Positions 29,479-38,546 of a stretch of 64,000 nt of DNA are shown here, piece by piece. Origin of the DNA: an uncultured Deferribacteres bacterium (GTDB lineage: Bacteria > Zhuqueibacterota > JdFR-76 > BMS3Abin05). The stretch is from the NCBI GenBank assembly GCA_964579725.1, contig CAZOHG010000001.1:76704-140703 (forward strand), given 5' to 3'. The notes under the pieces were generated by a model. The model ran no database searches and was not told the origin of the DNA. It worked only from the letters and a program-made list of their open reading frames with translations. The stretch's first letter is position 1. The number at the start of each line of letters is the position of its first letter. The position numbers and the translations under genes are program-made.

Positions 29479-30591
29479 CTAAAAATCAGGGGAAAGCCCT
29501 TCGGGCAAATGGCGGAAAAGATTCATAAAATCAATTAAAATCAAATTAATATAAATATTTTTATCTACTAAATCAATAAGTTTTTCCGTTTTCGAAATGG
29601 CCTCAGCCACATCCTTATCCTCTAACAAAATCGCCAATTTTTCCAAATCTTCCTTGCGGTCGAAGTTGGTCAGCACCTCGTCCCAATCGGGATTCTCGAA
29701 GCGCAATTGGTGAAAAAAATACACATCCCGTAAAAAAAGCAGTGCCAACAACAGGAAATCTTTGACCAAAGATTTGTTTTTCCCCGAGCTGAGCGTTTCT
29801 ACAAAATCCAATTGCTGCACAACGCTTCCGGTTGCCGCCAATTGCAGGGCCCTGTAGGCCAGATTCCGAAGGGCATTGTAATCCTCCTGAAGCAAAATCA
29901 TGGCTTTTCGAAAACTCCCCTCCGCCAGACGGGACACCACCCGTGCTTGTTCTGGCTCAACACCTCGGCGCTCCAATTCCGTTTGAATTTCCCCCGCCTG
30001 AAGAGGAGCAAAATTCACCACCTGACAGCGAGACACAATCGTTGGCAAAAGCCGATTGATTCGAGAGGTGGTAAGAATAAAAATCGTTTGTGGGGGTGGC
30101 TCTTCCAATAATTTAAGGATGGAATTAGACGCCGCTTCGTTCATTCGGTCGGCTTCCGAAATGAGCACCACGCGGTGGCGGGCGCTGTGAATCCGAAGCG
30201 AAACGAACTGCTTAATTTCCCGCATGTTGTCAATGAGAATTTTGGCCAGCGCATTTTTGGCCAGGGGGAAATAGGGGTCCTTTGCTTTCTTTTCCAGGCG
30301 TTGAGCCCCCTCTTTTTGCAAATCCTTGGCCGAAGCCGGGTACACCACCCGAAAATCGGGATGCACCAGCGCCCCAATTGGGCGGCAATTGGCGCACCTC
30401 TGGCAGGGAACTTCTCCGTCCGAATTGAGACAGTTCACCGCTTTTGCAAATTCGATGGCCAGGGCATCCTTGCCCACACCTTCCGGCCCGTTAAAAATGT
30501 ACGCTTTGGAAAGCCGCTGATTTTCCACAATGGCGCCCAGGATCTTCTTGGCGTCCATCTGTCCCAAAACGCGATCAAAATTTACCTTCAC
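29479..30591 (-). CDS. holB: DNA polymerase III delta' subunit
   Basis: GPEGVGK, zinc Cys cluster, HPDF, NSILKLLEEPP, LPTIVSRC; lies upstream of ricT. Confidence 0.93.
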   Translation of the reverse strand: MKVNFDRVLGQMDAKKILGAIVENQRLSKAYIFNGPEGVGKDALAIEFAKAVNCLNSDGEVPCQRCANCRPIGALVHPDFRVVYPASAKDLQKEGAQRLEKKAKDPYFPLAKNALAKILIDNMREIKQFVSLRIHSARHRVVLISEADRMNEAASNSILKLLEEPPPQTIFILTTSRINRLLPTIVSRCQVVNFAPLQAGEIQTELERRGVEPEQARVVSRLAEGSFRKAMILLQEDYNALRNLAYRALQLAATGSVVQQLDFVETLSSGKNKSLVKDFLLLALLFLRDVYFFHQLRFENPDWDEVLTNFDRKEDLEKLAILLEDKDVAEAISKTEKLIDLVDKNIYINLILIDFMNLFRHLPEGLSPDF

Positions 30592-30593
30592 AT

Positions 30594-31805
30594 TTACCCT
30601 CTTTTTTTCCGAAGCCAGTGTTCCGGATTCATGATTTTCGTTTTTTTCCAGATTTCAAAATGCAACATGGAACCACTGAGGGAGCCGGAATTTCCCACCT
30701 TGCCAATCTCTTCTCCCTGCCTGACTTTTTGCCCGGGGACGACCAAAATTTCGGACAAATGGGCGTACACGGTGTAGTACCCCCCGTAGTGATCAATAAT
30801 CAAAATATTTCCGCGCCCACGCTGCCACGTAATAGCCGTGACCACGCCGTCCGCTGCCGATCGTACGGGGGTTCCGAAAGGTGCCTTAATATCTACCCCA
30901 ATATTTTCCTGAACCGTGTGCAATTTTTTATTGCGGATTTTGCCGTAGTGGTGCAGAATCCGTCCGTTGGTTGGCCAGGGCAGTTTTCCTCTCAGAGTGG
31001 CAAAATGGCTCACCTCCGTTCGGCGACTCAACGAAGAGGTTCGGGCCACTTCTTTGGAACGAATCAAGCGTTTAATAGCCGCTTCGGCCTCTTTGTATTC
31101 CCTTATTTTTTGGGCGTAAATCCGCTTGTTGTTTCGAATTTTTCGCAGCAATCTCTGGCGTTTGCTTTTTTGAATGGCAAGATTGCGTTTCTCGCGCATT
31201 TTTTCGGCGATCAGCGCCTTTTGCTTCTGCAATGTTTTCCGCAACTGATCCGTTTGCTGGCTGATGCGTTCCTTTTGAATCTGAAGTGTCCGAAGCCTGC
31301 GCTTGTCCGCATCCAAAATCAGTTTCCGGTATTTGAGCCACACCAGCGCCTGATTCACCGAATGGACCGAAAGCAGAATGCCCCAATCCAACAATGGGCC
31401 TTCCTTGTAATAATGCACCACGCGACGGCTGTACTCCTTTTTTAAGATTGCGTATTGGGAGGTCAGTCGGAGTAGGCTCTTGTTTTGATCGAGGATTTTT
31501 TGCTTCAGCAACGCCTGTTCAATAGAAAGCTTTTGGAGCAGCGCCCGAGTTAAATCGATTTCCCGCTCGATTCGGGCCAGCTTTTCTAATGTGGTGGCCT
31601 CCTTTTTTTTCGAGGCGGCTAACTTCTGTCGGTATTGGCGAATCTGTTTGCGAATGGACTGGAGTTTGTTCTGTTGTTTTCGCACGCGGGCGTTTTGAGC
31701 TTGAACCGGCCAAACGGTCAAAAGCAGGACAAATAAAATCACCCCAAAATGGATTGTTTTTTCTTTCCGGTAGAGGGAAATTCCCAAACCCGCTCCTTTC
31801 GCCAA
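30594..31805 (-). CDS. EnvC-like coiled-coil protein with M23/LytM domain (start uncertain)
   Basis: Signal peptide, long coiled coil, LPWP, NIGVDI (first metal His missing), YAHL, LHFEI. Confidence 0.88.
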   Translation of the reverse strand: MAKGAGLGISLYRKEKTIHFGVILFVLLLTVWPVQAQNARVRKQQNKLQSIRKQIRQYRQKLAASKKKEATTLEKLARIEREIDLTRALLQKLSIEQALLKQKILDQNKSLLRLTSQYAILKKEYSRRVVHYYKEGPLLDWGILLSVHSVNQALVWLKYRKLILDADKRRLRTLQIQKERISQQTDQLRKTLQKQKALIAEKMREKRNLAIQKSKRQRLLRKIRNNKRIYAQKIREYKEAEAAIKRLIRSKEVARTSSLSRRTEVSHFATLRGKLPWPTNGRILHHYGKIRNKKLHTVQENIGVDIKAPFGTPVRSAADGVVTAITWQRGRGNILIIDHYGGYYTVYAHLSEILVVPGQKVRQGEEIGKVGNSGSLSGSMLHFEIWKKTKIMNPEHWLRKKRG

Positions 31806-31930
31806 ATGGGCTCAGCACCGCCCGCTAAACGGGAAAAGCGTGCGGCATGTCATTCTGTAAGTGAGTAAAAAATAGACAAAAACGACGGCAAAATCAACCC
31901 AAAATAGAAACGGCGGCGTCAAATTTTTCC

Positions 31931-31959
31931 TTGACAAAATCATATTTTTTTTGTAATAT
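31931..31959 (+). promoter_or_regulatory. sigma70-type promoter
   Basis: TTGACA-17-TAATAT upstream of the ATG at 32053. Confidence 0.7.
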
Positions 31960-32052
31960 CTAACGTTACAAAAATCAATTTGTTACTTTCGTGGAAACGC
32001 TATTTGCAATTGGGTCGTTTTTTGTGGAACCTGGTAAAATTTAGGAGGGAAG

Positions 32053-33282
32053 ATGGTCAAGCTGCATTTTAACTACAAGGATTTATTCCGGTCTGCACGC
32101 CTGGCGTTCAGCATTCAGCGAGTGTGGATTAATTTTGTCGGCTTGGTGGTCGGGTTCGTGGTGTACGACGTGCTGACATACGTCAGCTTCCTTGCGGCGG
32201 GCAAGGGATTCGTACCCATGTGGGAGCGCTTCGGTCTTTTTCCCTGCCTGTACGGAATTGGCGGCCCCTGGTACAGTTGGCTAATTTTCTGGGTAGGGGT
32301 GATTTTGCTAATTGCCATTTTGCTCCTTACCAACACAGCGGTGTCTCGCGCCGTTTACATGAATTTAAAGGGCGAAACCTTCTACACGTGGAAAGAAGCC
32401 TTCGGATTTTCGCTGAAGCGCTGGGGGTCGGTACTCGCGGCGCCAACGGCCATCATCGGAATCATCGCTTTTTTTGTGGTCGGTGCCATCATCATGGGAT
32501 TGATCGGCCGGATTCCCTACGTGGGCGAGTTGGGTACGGCCTTTATGACGATCTTTTACATGAGCTCGGCTTTGTTTGTTTTTTTCCTGATTTTGGTGCT
32601 CGGCGTCGCCCTTTTCTTTGTGCCGTCCATTATCGCCACCACCAACGAAGACGCCTTTGAGGCCGTTTTTCAATCCTTTTCAATTTCTACAGGGCAACCC
32701 TGGCGTATTATCGGCTACGGGGTGGTAGTGGCTGTTATTGAGATTTTGGCTTTCGTGATTCTTGCCTGGGCGGTAAAAGAGGCCTTTTTGATTTTCAATT
32801 TCCTGTTTGTGATCGGAATGGGCCCCAAGTTCTTAGATTTAATGAACAACGGACTGGCACTGGTTCAAAGCTGGGTGTACCCCACGTTTAATTGGATTCA
32901 ATATGCCTTTGGCAGCTTGTCTCAGTACTTCTATTTTGCGCGTGATTTTGTTCCCAAAGAGGTTCCCGTCGTCATGGAAATTTCTGCCTGGATTTTTGCA
33001 ATTTCCATGCTTGCCGTTGGTGTTTTGGTGGTAGCTTACGCCGAAGCCACGGGCAATGCCGGTGTTACGCTGATGTATTTGGTCATGCGGAAACATCAAG
33101 ATGACGAAAATCTTTTAGAGCGCAAGGAAGAAGAGGAAGAGGAGGAGGAAACCGAGGAGACGGCTGGAGAATCCGAAGAAAAAGAAGAAGCGAAAACAGA
33201 AGAAGGGGAACCAAAGGCCTCCGACGAATCGGCCACAGACGACGCCGAAAAACAGGCTTCCGACGAGAACAAAAAAGAGTAA
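32053..33282 (+). CDS. hypothetical polytopic membrane protein with acidic C-terminal tail
   Basis: AGGAGG RBS, multiple TM helices, Glu8 run and an E/D-rich tail. Confidence 0.85.
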   Translation: MVKLHFNYKDLFRSARLAFSIQRVWINFVGLVVGFVVYDVLTYVSFLAAGKGFVPMWERFGLFPCLYGIGGPWYSWLIFWVGVILLIAILLLTNTAVSRAVYMNLKGETFYTWKEAFGFSLKRWGSVLAAPTAIIGIIAFFVVGAIIMGLIGRIPYVGELGTAFMTIFYMSSALFVFFLILVLGVALFFVPSIIATTNEDAFEAVFQSFSISTGQPWRIIGYGVVVAVIEILAFVILAWAVKEAFLIFNFLFVIGMGPKFLDLMNNGLALVQSWVYPTFNWIQYAFGSLSQYFYFARDFVPKEVPVVMEISAWIFAISMLAVGVLVVAYAEATGNAGVTLMYLVMRKHQDDENLLERKEEEEEEEETEETAGESEEKEEAKTEEGEPKASDESATDDAEKQASDENKKE

Positions 33283-33307
33283 AAACACATTTCATTTAAA
33301 TCTTGCG

Positions 33308-33341
33308 GGCGTTAGCCTTTGGATTGGCTAACGCCTTTTTT
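33308..33341 (+). terminator. intrinsic terminator
   Basis: GGCGTTAGCC/GGCTAACGCC stem followed by T6. Confidence 0.88.
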
Positions 33342-33368
33342 GTAAACCAGGGCTTAAGGGAAAAAGTC

Positions 33369-34523
33369 ATGTGGGTCTATTCAGGCAAAATTACCTTGAA
33401 AAAATTGTTGGGGGAACGCATTTTTTATCGCGATTTAAACCCGGTTGACCCCCTTCTGCCCCGCTTTTCCGATATTCTTCGTGAAACGGGCCTGGAAATG
33501 TCCTTTGCCCCGCGCAAAACTTCAACTCATTACGCCAGAATTATTTTGCAGTTTCTACGGCGAAGTGCCCCCGCCTGGCCCAAACAAATTTTCTTTTTCG
33601 GGGACACCCCCGGAAACGACGGCGCCGTCGTGCAAAATCTGAGTCGATTGAGCGGCGCCCGTGTGTTCGGGTTTATCGGGCGGGACGCGCAAAACCAACC
33701 ACCTCGCCTGGAAACACGTCCCCCCCTGTTTTTGGCCAATCGCTGGGAACTCATCGTGCGATTTTTCGAAGAATTGCTTACCGAGGGATTGGACCTGCGG
33801 GCTCCAACGGCGGTTTTCTTTGACATGGACAAAACGCTCTTGGGCGCCCGCGGGCGCAACGATGCCCAGATCGACGCCGCCCGTATGGACGGCGTCCGAA
33901 ACCTCATTCAACAAACGGTGGCCGACCGCTGGAAAGAGGAGCAATTTTTCTTTATCTACAAAACCCTTAATCAACCCGAATACCATTTTTTGACGGAAGA
34001 TAATCAGGATTACCTTGCGTTCATTTGCCTCATGATTATGGCCGGCGTGTGGAATTTTGACGAGCTGCTTCATCTCCTGATTCAGCAGAAAATCACTTCC
34101 TTCGGGGATTTTCTCAACCGAACCGGAACGCGAATCCTGCAAAGCGCTGACGCCCCTGTTCAAAATTACTTTGAAGAAGTCCTCAGCGGCACCGCCGCGG
34201 GTGACCCCACACCCTTCAAATCCTTTCGTTACAAGGAATACGAAGCCACTCTGGCCCGTATCGACCGAACCGATTCCACCGACCCCGCTATTTTGATCGA
34301 TCAGGAAATCCTATTAACCCAAGAATTGGTGGAGCTGATTACCCTTCTAAAGCAAATACCCAATGTTGCACCGTTTTTTTGCATTTCGGACAAACCGCCC
34401 GAAAGCACATTTCCGCCACCCTTGAAAAAAGACCGTGCCGCTTTGCCCCTACACGACGTTCCAATAAAAATCGTAGGAACGACAGTAGCGGCAAAATTAC
34501 GCCGGCTCTTCTCCTTGTCGTAG
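33369..34523 (+). CDS. hypothetical protein with HAD-like motifs in permuted order
   Basis: FFGDTPGND precedes FFDMDKT; ISDKP lies near the C-terminus; ATG just after the terminator. Confidence 0.75.
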   Translation: MWVYSGKITLKKLLGERIFYRDLNPVDPLLPRFSDILRETGLEMSFAPRKTSTHYARIILQFLRRSAPAWPKQIFFFGDTPGNDGAVVQNLSRLSGARVFGFIGRDAQNQPPRLETRPPLFLANRWELIVRFFEELLTEGLDLRAPTAVFFDMDKTLLGARGRNDAQIDAARMDGVRNLIQQTVADRWKEEQFFFIYKTLNQPEYHFLTEDNQDYLAFICLMIMAGVWNFDELLHLLIQQKITSFGDFLNRTGTRILQSADAPVQNYFEEVLSGTAAGDPTPFKSFRYKEYEATLARIDRTDSTDPAILIDQEILLTQELVELITLLKQIPNVAPFFCISDKPPESTFPPPLKKDRAALPLHDVPIKIVGTTVAAKLRRLFSLS

Positions 34524-34604
34524 GGAAACTTTCGCCTCCTTTTCCAATTATTTTTTTCAACAAGATAATTCCCTGTCGGGACGAAGTTTCGTCTATTTTT
34601 ATTA

Positions 34605-34633
34605 TTGACAATTTCCGATAAAATTGCTAAAAT
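34605..34633 (+). promoter_or_regulatory. strong sigma70-type promoter
   Basis: TTGACA-17-TAAAAT with an extended TG. Confidence 0.7.
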
Positions 34634-34669
34634 GTAAAACGAAAAGCTGACCGGGACCGATCTTTGCGA

Positions 34670-35008
34670 TCAATCCCGGTGCTTTGGGCGGACTGCTTCT
34701 ATTTTTGCAAACAGGCGATCTAATTCCTTTTGGAATTCTGCCCCGGTGCCGGGCTGTTCCAAAAGCTGAGATGTAGCAAAACCCGGTCGAAAAGCATTGG
34801 ACTGTTCCCGGGCTAATTTCAACACCGTGGTTCGGGGGTGGGTTTTCACCGTTACAAAAGCCCGAACGAGATTTGCCAGAGTTGCTTCGTGAAAGACAAG
34901 GAGGTGTTTGTCCGTTTCAACCAAAATGCGTAAATGCCGATGTCCTGTGGGCGTTCCGACCAGGACCTGTTGAATCGTGTCGTTGGGGAAAATGAGCATT
35001 TGTTTCAT
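34670..35008 (-). CDS. hypothetical protein, 112 aa
   Basis: AAGGAG RBS; His-containing segments GHRHLR, HEAT, KTHP. Confidence 0.75.
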   Translation of the reverse strand: MKQMLIFPNDTIQQVLVGTPTGHRHLRILVETDKHLLVFHEATLANLVRAFVTVKTHPRTTVLKLAREQSNAFRPGFATSQLLEQPGTGAEFQKELDRLFAKIEAVRPKHRD

Positions 35009-35159
35009 CTTGTACTCCTTTTTTCCCGTAATGAAACCGGGCGTTTGGGTGAAGCGTTTTACATTTGGGGTTGAATGTAAGGTCGAACTGAATGACCAAA
35101 AACAAACGGTGGCAATTTAAGGGAAAACGGACGGAGAATCAAGATAAAAGGAGAAAGCC

Positions 35160-36299
35160 ATGATTACAATGGAGCAGATTGAAGAATTGTTGCAGTTTAA
35201 GGCGGATCCCTTGTTCATGACCAGTTTGTACCTCAATGTCAACGAAAAACGATTCTCAAAAAAGGACTACGAGATTCAGCTTAAGGATTTAATCAAAGAA
35301 CGGCGACAGGAAATCAAAAAGATGGATCTGAGCGCTGATGTGAAAGATTCTTTGGAAAAAGACTTTGAAAAAATTTTGGCGTACGTTACGCTGGAATTCG
35401 ACGGGCGCGGCACGCGTTGTTTGGTTATTTTTTCCTCAACAGGGAAAAACTTCTGGCAAATTTACCGTTTACCCCAGCCGGTTAAAAGTCGATTGATTGT
35501 CAGCAACGAGCCCTACGTTCGGCCGCTAACCACACTTCTCGATGAGTACAAACGCTACTGCACGGTTGTGGTCAGCCGCGACAAGGCCCGCATTTTCGAG
35601 GTCTATTTGGGGGAAATCACCGAGCACTCGGATATTTTGAGCGAAATTCCCGGTAAAGTGCGGATTGCCGGCTGGTACGGCTTGGAAGAACGGCGCATTG
35701 AGCGCCACATTGAAGACAAAGTGCACCGGCACCTCAAACAGGTGGCTGATGCCACATTGGAGTTTTTCAAAGAAAGAAAATTCGACTGGCTCATTTTGGG
35801 GGGCAAAAAGGAAATCCTTGGCGCTTTTGAACGCCATTTACACACTTATTTACAAGAACGCATTGTGGGGCGCGTCGATCTGGAACCCGACACGTCCTTG
35901 CCCAACGCACTGAGCAAGACACAAGAAATTGCGCGTCAGGTGGAACGGGAAGAAGAACGACAATTAATTCAGCGTCTGATGGACGAAGCAAATTCCAACG
36001 GCCTGGGGGTTTTCGGTCTGGAGAACACATTGAAAGCGCTTTGGCAGGGGCAAGTTAATATCCTCATCTTAAAGGATGACCTGTCCGTTCCCGGCTACGT
36101 TTGTCCCAAGTGCGGCTATATGAGTGCGGAAGATTCGGACTGCCCGATCGACCAAATTCAAATGAATGCCACGCCAGACGTGTTAGAAGAAGCGGTGGAA
36201 TCGGCCATTCTTCAAAATTGTGAGATCGAACATGTATTGGAATCGCAAGAATTAGACAATATTGGCGGAATTGGTGCTATTTTGCGGTTCAAGGTTTGA
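35160..36299 (+). CDS. bacterial archaeo-eukaryotic release factor (baeRF/Balon-like) family protein
   Basis: aeRF1 architecture: SLYL N-domain, PYVRPL, RNase H-like middle domain, CPKC zinc ribbon, GGIGAILRF C-terminus; no GGQ. Confidence 0.88.
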   Translation: MITMEQIEELLQFKADPLFMTSLYLNVNEKRFSKKDYEIQLKDLIKERRQEIKKMDLSADVKDSLEKDFEKILAYVTLEFDGRGTRCLVIFSSTGKNFWQIYRLPQPVKSRLIVSNEPYVRPLTTLLDEYKRYCTVVVSRDKARIFEVYLGEITEHSDILSEIPGKVRIAGWYGLEERRIERHIEDKVHRHLKQVADATLEFFKERKFDWLILGGKKEILGAFERHLHTYLQERIVGRVDLEPDTSLPNALSKTQEIARQVEREEERQLIQRLMDEANSNGLGVFGLENTLKALWQGQVNILILKDDLSVPGYVCPKCGYMSAEDSDCPIDQIQMNATPDVLEEAVESAILQNCEIEHVLESQELDNIGGIGAILRFKV

Positions 36300-36322
36300 A
36301 CCGCCGCACCCGCCCCACGTTC

Positions 36323-36350
36323 GCCGTCCCTGCACGGGATGGCTTTTTTT
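36323..36350 (+). terminator. intrinsic terminator
   Basis: GCCGTCCC/GGGATGGC stem followed by T7. Confidence 0.8.
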
Positions 36351-36381
36351 GCATAAAACCGTTTAAAAAGGGCTACGCAGG

Positions 36382-37401
36382 ATGAACCAATTAAGACGAG
36401 ACCCGGTCACCGGACGATGGTCGATAATTCTTTCGGAAGAATTTAAGCTGAACGATTTAACGGACAATTTTCCGGCTACCCGTCAGAGTCCTGAAATCTG
36501 CCCTTTCTGTGAAGGAAACGAAGATTTGACCCCACCGGAAATTTACGCCCTTCGCCCGCCCGATTCCAAACCCAACACGCCGGGCTGGCAGGTGCGCGTA
36601 ATTCCGGATCGCTACCCGATTTTGGAATCCCACGGTGACGTGGACAATCGGGCTGTCGGGATGTACGACATGCTCAACGGGGTGGGAAAGCACGAAATCC
36701 TTGTTGAACACCCTCAGCACGATATACAAATACCGGATTTCTCGCCGGAACATTTTGTCCGTGTCCTCAAAACCATGCAATTTCGCATTCGGGAACTCAA
36801 AAAAGACCCGCGTTTTCGCTACGTGTTGATTCACAAAAATTACGGTGAGGCTTCGGGCAATACGCTCCGGCACGCCTATTCCCAAATTCTGGCGACACCC
36901 ATTACCCCCAGACGAATGCGCGACGAATTGGTAAATGCCAGGGACTATTTTGCTTACAAGGAACGCTGCGTTTTTTGTGACATCGTGTCACAGGAATTAG
37001 AAAGCGGGGAACGGGTGGTCTTAAATGACGGGCATTTTTTGGCTTTTGAGCCTTTTGCAACGGGGCGCCCTTTTGAAACGTGGATTATTCCTCAACAACA
37101 CGAAACTTTTTTTGAAGACAACACCCGGCTCGAGGCTCTGGCGCAGGTGCTGATTACCGTGTTTCGAAGAATTCGAGATGTGCTCAATAATCCACACTAT
37201 ATCTTGTCGCTTCACAACGGCCCCAATATTTCGGTGGCGGTTAAGCGGCGCTATTGGAAAACCCTCAAAAAGGATTTTCATTGGCATTTTGAAATTGTGC
37301 CGAGGCTTCGAAATCGCAACAGCTTCGAGCTTGGTTCCGGAATTCCGGTAAACCCTGTTTCTCCAGAAAAAGCAGCAGCTATTTTGCGGGAAAAGCTGTG
37401 A
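36382..37401 (+). CDS. GalT/HIT-family nucleotidyltransferase-like protein with altered active site
   Basis: LRRDPVTGRW, CPFCEGNE, CVFCD, HWHFEIVPRL, NPVSPE; the HPHxQ motif reads HAYSQ. Confidence 0.88.
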   Translation: MNQLRRDPVTGRWSIILSEEFKLNDLTDNFPATRQSPEICPFCEGNEDLTPPEIYALRPPDSKPNTPGWQVRVIPDRYPILESHGDVDNRAVGMYDMLNGVGKHEILVEHPQHDIQIPDFSPEHFVRVLKTMQFRIRELKKDPRFRYVLIHKNYGEASGNTLRHAYSQILATPITPRRMRDELVNARDYFAYKERCVFCDIVSQELESGERVVLNDGHFLAFEPFATGRPFETWIIPQQHETFFEDNTRLEALAQVLITVFRRIRDVLNNPHYILSLHNGPNISVAVKRRYWKTLKKDFHWHFEIVPRLRNRNSFELGSGIPVNPVSPEKAAAILREKL

Positions 37402-37892
37402 ACCTTTTGTTTTCACCGGACACTCTTCCCATTGATTCCGGAACCTACGTTCTTTGGATTCGGCTACAAAAAGCAAAGAAACTGACTTTTTCTTCTCTGG
37501 GAAGCGCTGTTTTTTTGCCGGGCTTTTATTCCTACACTGGACGCGACAGCCGCCGGTTGCGTGCTCGGCTTTCGCGGCATTTGAAAACACAGAAAAACTG
37601 CCACTGGCACGTGGATTGGCTGTTGACGAGGGAAGCTTCTGTGGTTCAAATTTGGGTTTATGCCAATCACCCCGAGTGGGAATGCCGGGTCAATCAGCTA
37701 CTGGAAAAATTACCCGGTGCAAGCATCCCCCTTCCGGGTTTCGGTTCCAGTGATTGTACAAGTGGATGCCGGGCGCATCTGATTCAACATCCGGTTTTGG
37801 TCAAACCAGGCCTGTTGTCACTTCAGCCGGATTGGATTCTTATTCCCGAAAAATCAACGAAGGTTCTGGTGACGGGATTTTCGATTTCGTAA
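37398..37892 (+). CDS. GIY-YIG (DUF123-like) nuclease family protein
   Basis: GTYVL, YSYTG, RLSRH, HWHVDWL, GFGSSDC..C.AHL. Confidence 0.82.
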   Translation: MNLLFSPDTLPIDSGTYVLWIRLQKAKKLTFSSLGSAVFLPGFYSYTGRDSRRLRARLSRHLKTQKNCHWHVDWLLTREASVVQIWVYANHPEWECRVNQLLEKLPGASIPLPGFGSSDCTSGCRAHLIQHPVLVKPGLLSLQPDWILIPEKSTKVLVTGFSIS

Positions 37893-37911
37893 AAATCAAT
37901 GAGGAGAAAAA

Positions 37912-38490
37912 ATGAATATTGTACGAGAACGGGGCGTCGGGTGGATTGAAGTCATTTGTGGACCCATGTACAGCGGAAAAACAGAGGAACTTATTCGGCG
38001 TCTGCGGCGTGCACAGATCGCCAAACAAAAAGTAGCAATATTCAAACCCAAAATCGACACCCGGTACAGTGACGACCACATTGTTTCGCACAGTGAACAA
38101 CAACTCCCGTCCATTTCAGTGGAAACCGTCGAAGGAATTCGCCAACACGTTGGCCAAGCCGATGTCATTGGAATTGACGAGGCACAATTTTTCGGAATGG
38201 ACCTGGTGCCTTTCTGTCAAGAATTGGCTGACGCCGGAAAACGGATCATTGTGGCGGGCCTGGACTTGGATTATCGCGGCGAACCCTTTGAGCCTATTCC
38301 TCAGCTCCTTGCCGTAGCCGAGTACATTACCAAAACGCTGGCGATTTGCATGGTTTGTGGAAATCCGGCCAGCCGAACGCAACGCCTCACGGACGACAAA
38401 GCGCGTGTAGTGGTGGGTGGTCAAAACATTTACGAAGCCCGCTGCCGCCGCCACTTTGAACCACCTTCAAATAAAAAACAGGGTGAGTAA
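37912..38490 (+). CDS. tdk: thymidine kinase
   Basis: [31 protein letters not shown]. Confidence 0.96.
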   Translation: MNIVRERGVGWIEVICGPMYSGKTEELIRRLRRAQIAKQKVAIFKPKIDTRYSDDHIVSHSEQQLPSISVETVEGIRQHVGQADVIGIDEAQFFGMDLVPFCQELADAGKRIIVAGLDLDYRGEPFEPIPQLLAVAEYITKTLAICMVCGNPASRTQRLTDDKARVVVGGQNIYEARCRRHFEPPSNKKQGE

Positions 38491-38546
38491 CCCGGGGTAA
38501 ATGCGATTTCCCCAAATGGCATGGAATTCTGACTGGAGGTTTCTGA

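Noticed and set aside
29209-29538. ORFs of 82 aa and 97 aa in the holB-ricT spacer
   Set aside because: No RBS and no protein-like features; the region is better explained by RNA structure.
22009-31445. Long antisense ORFs (258, 259 and 275 aa) opposite glyQS/recO, metG and the envC-like gene
   Set aside because: They are shadows of codon bias in real genes and carry no motifs or start signals.
33303-33368. Upstream TTG start for the HAD-like gene
   Set aside because: The extension runs through the preceding terminator hairpin; the ATG at 33369 is preferred.
37398-37892. GIY-YIG gene as a homing endonuclease or mobile element
   Set aside because: It is a short DUF123-type protein embedded in an operon, with no intron, inverted repeats or target duplication.
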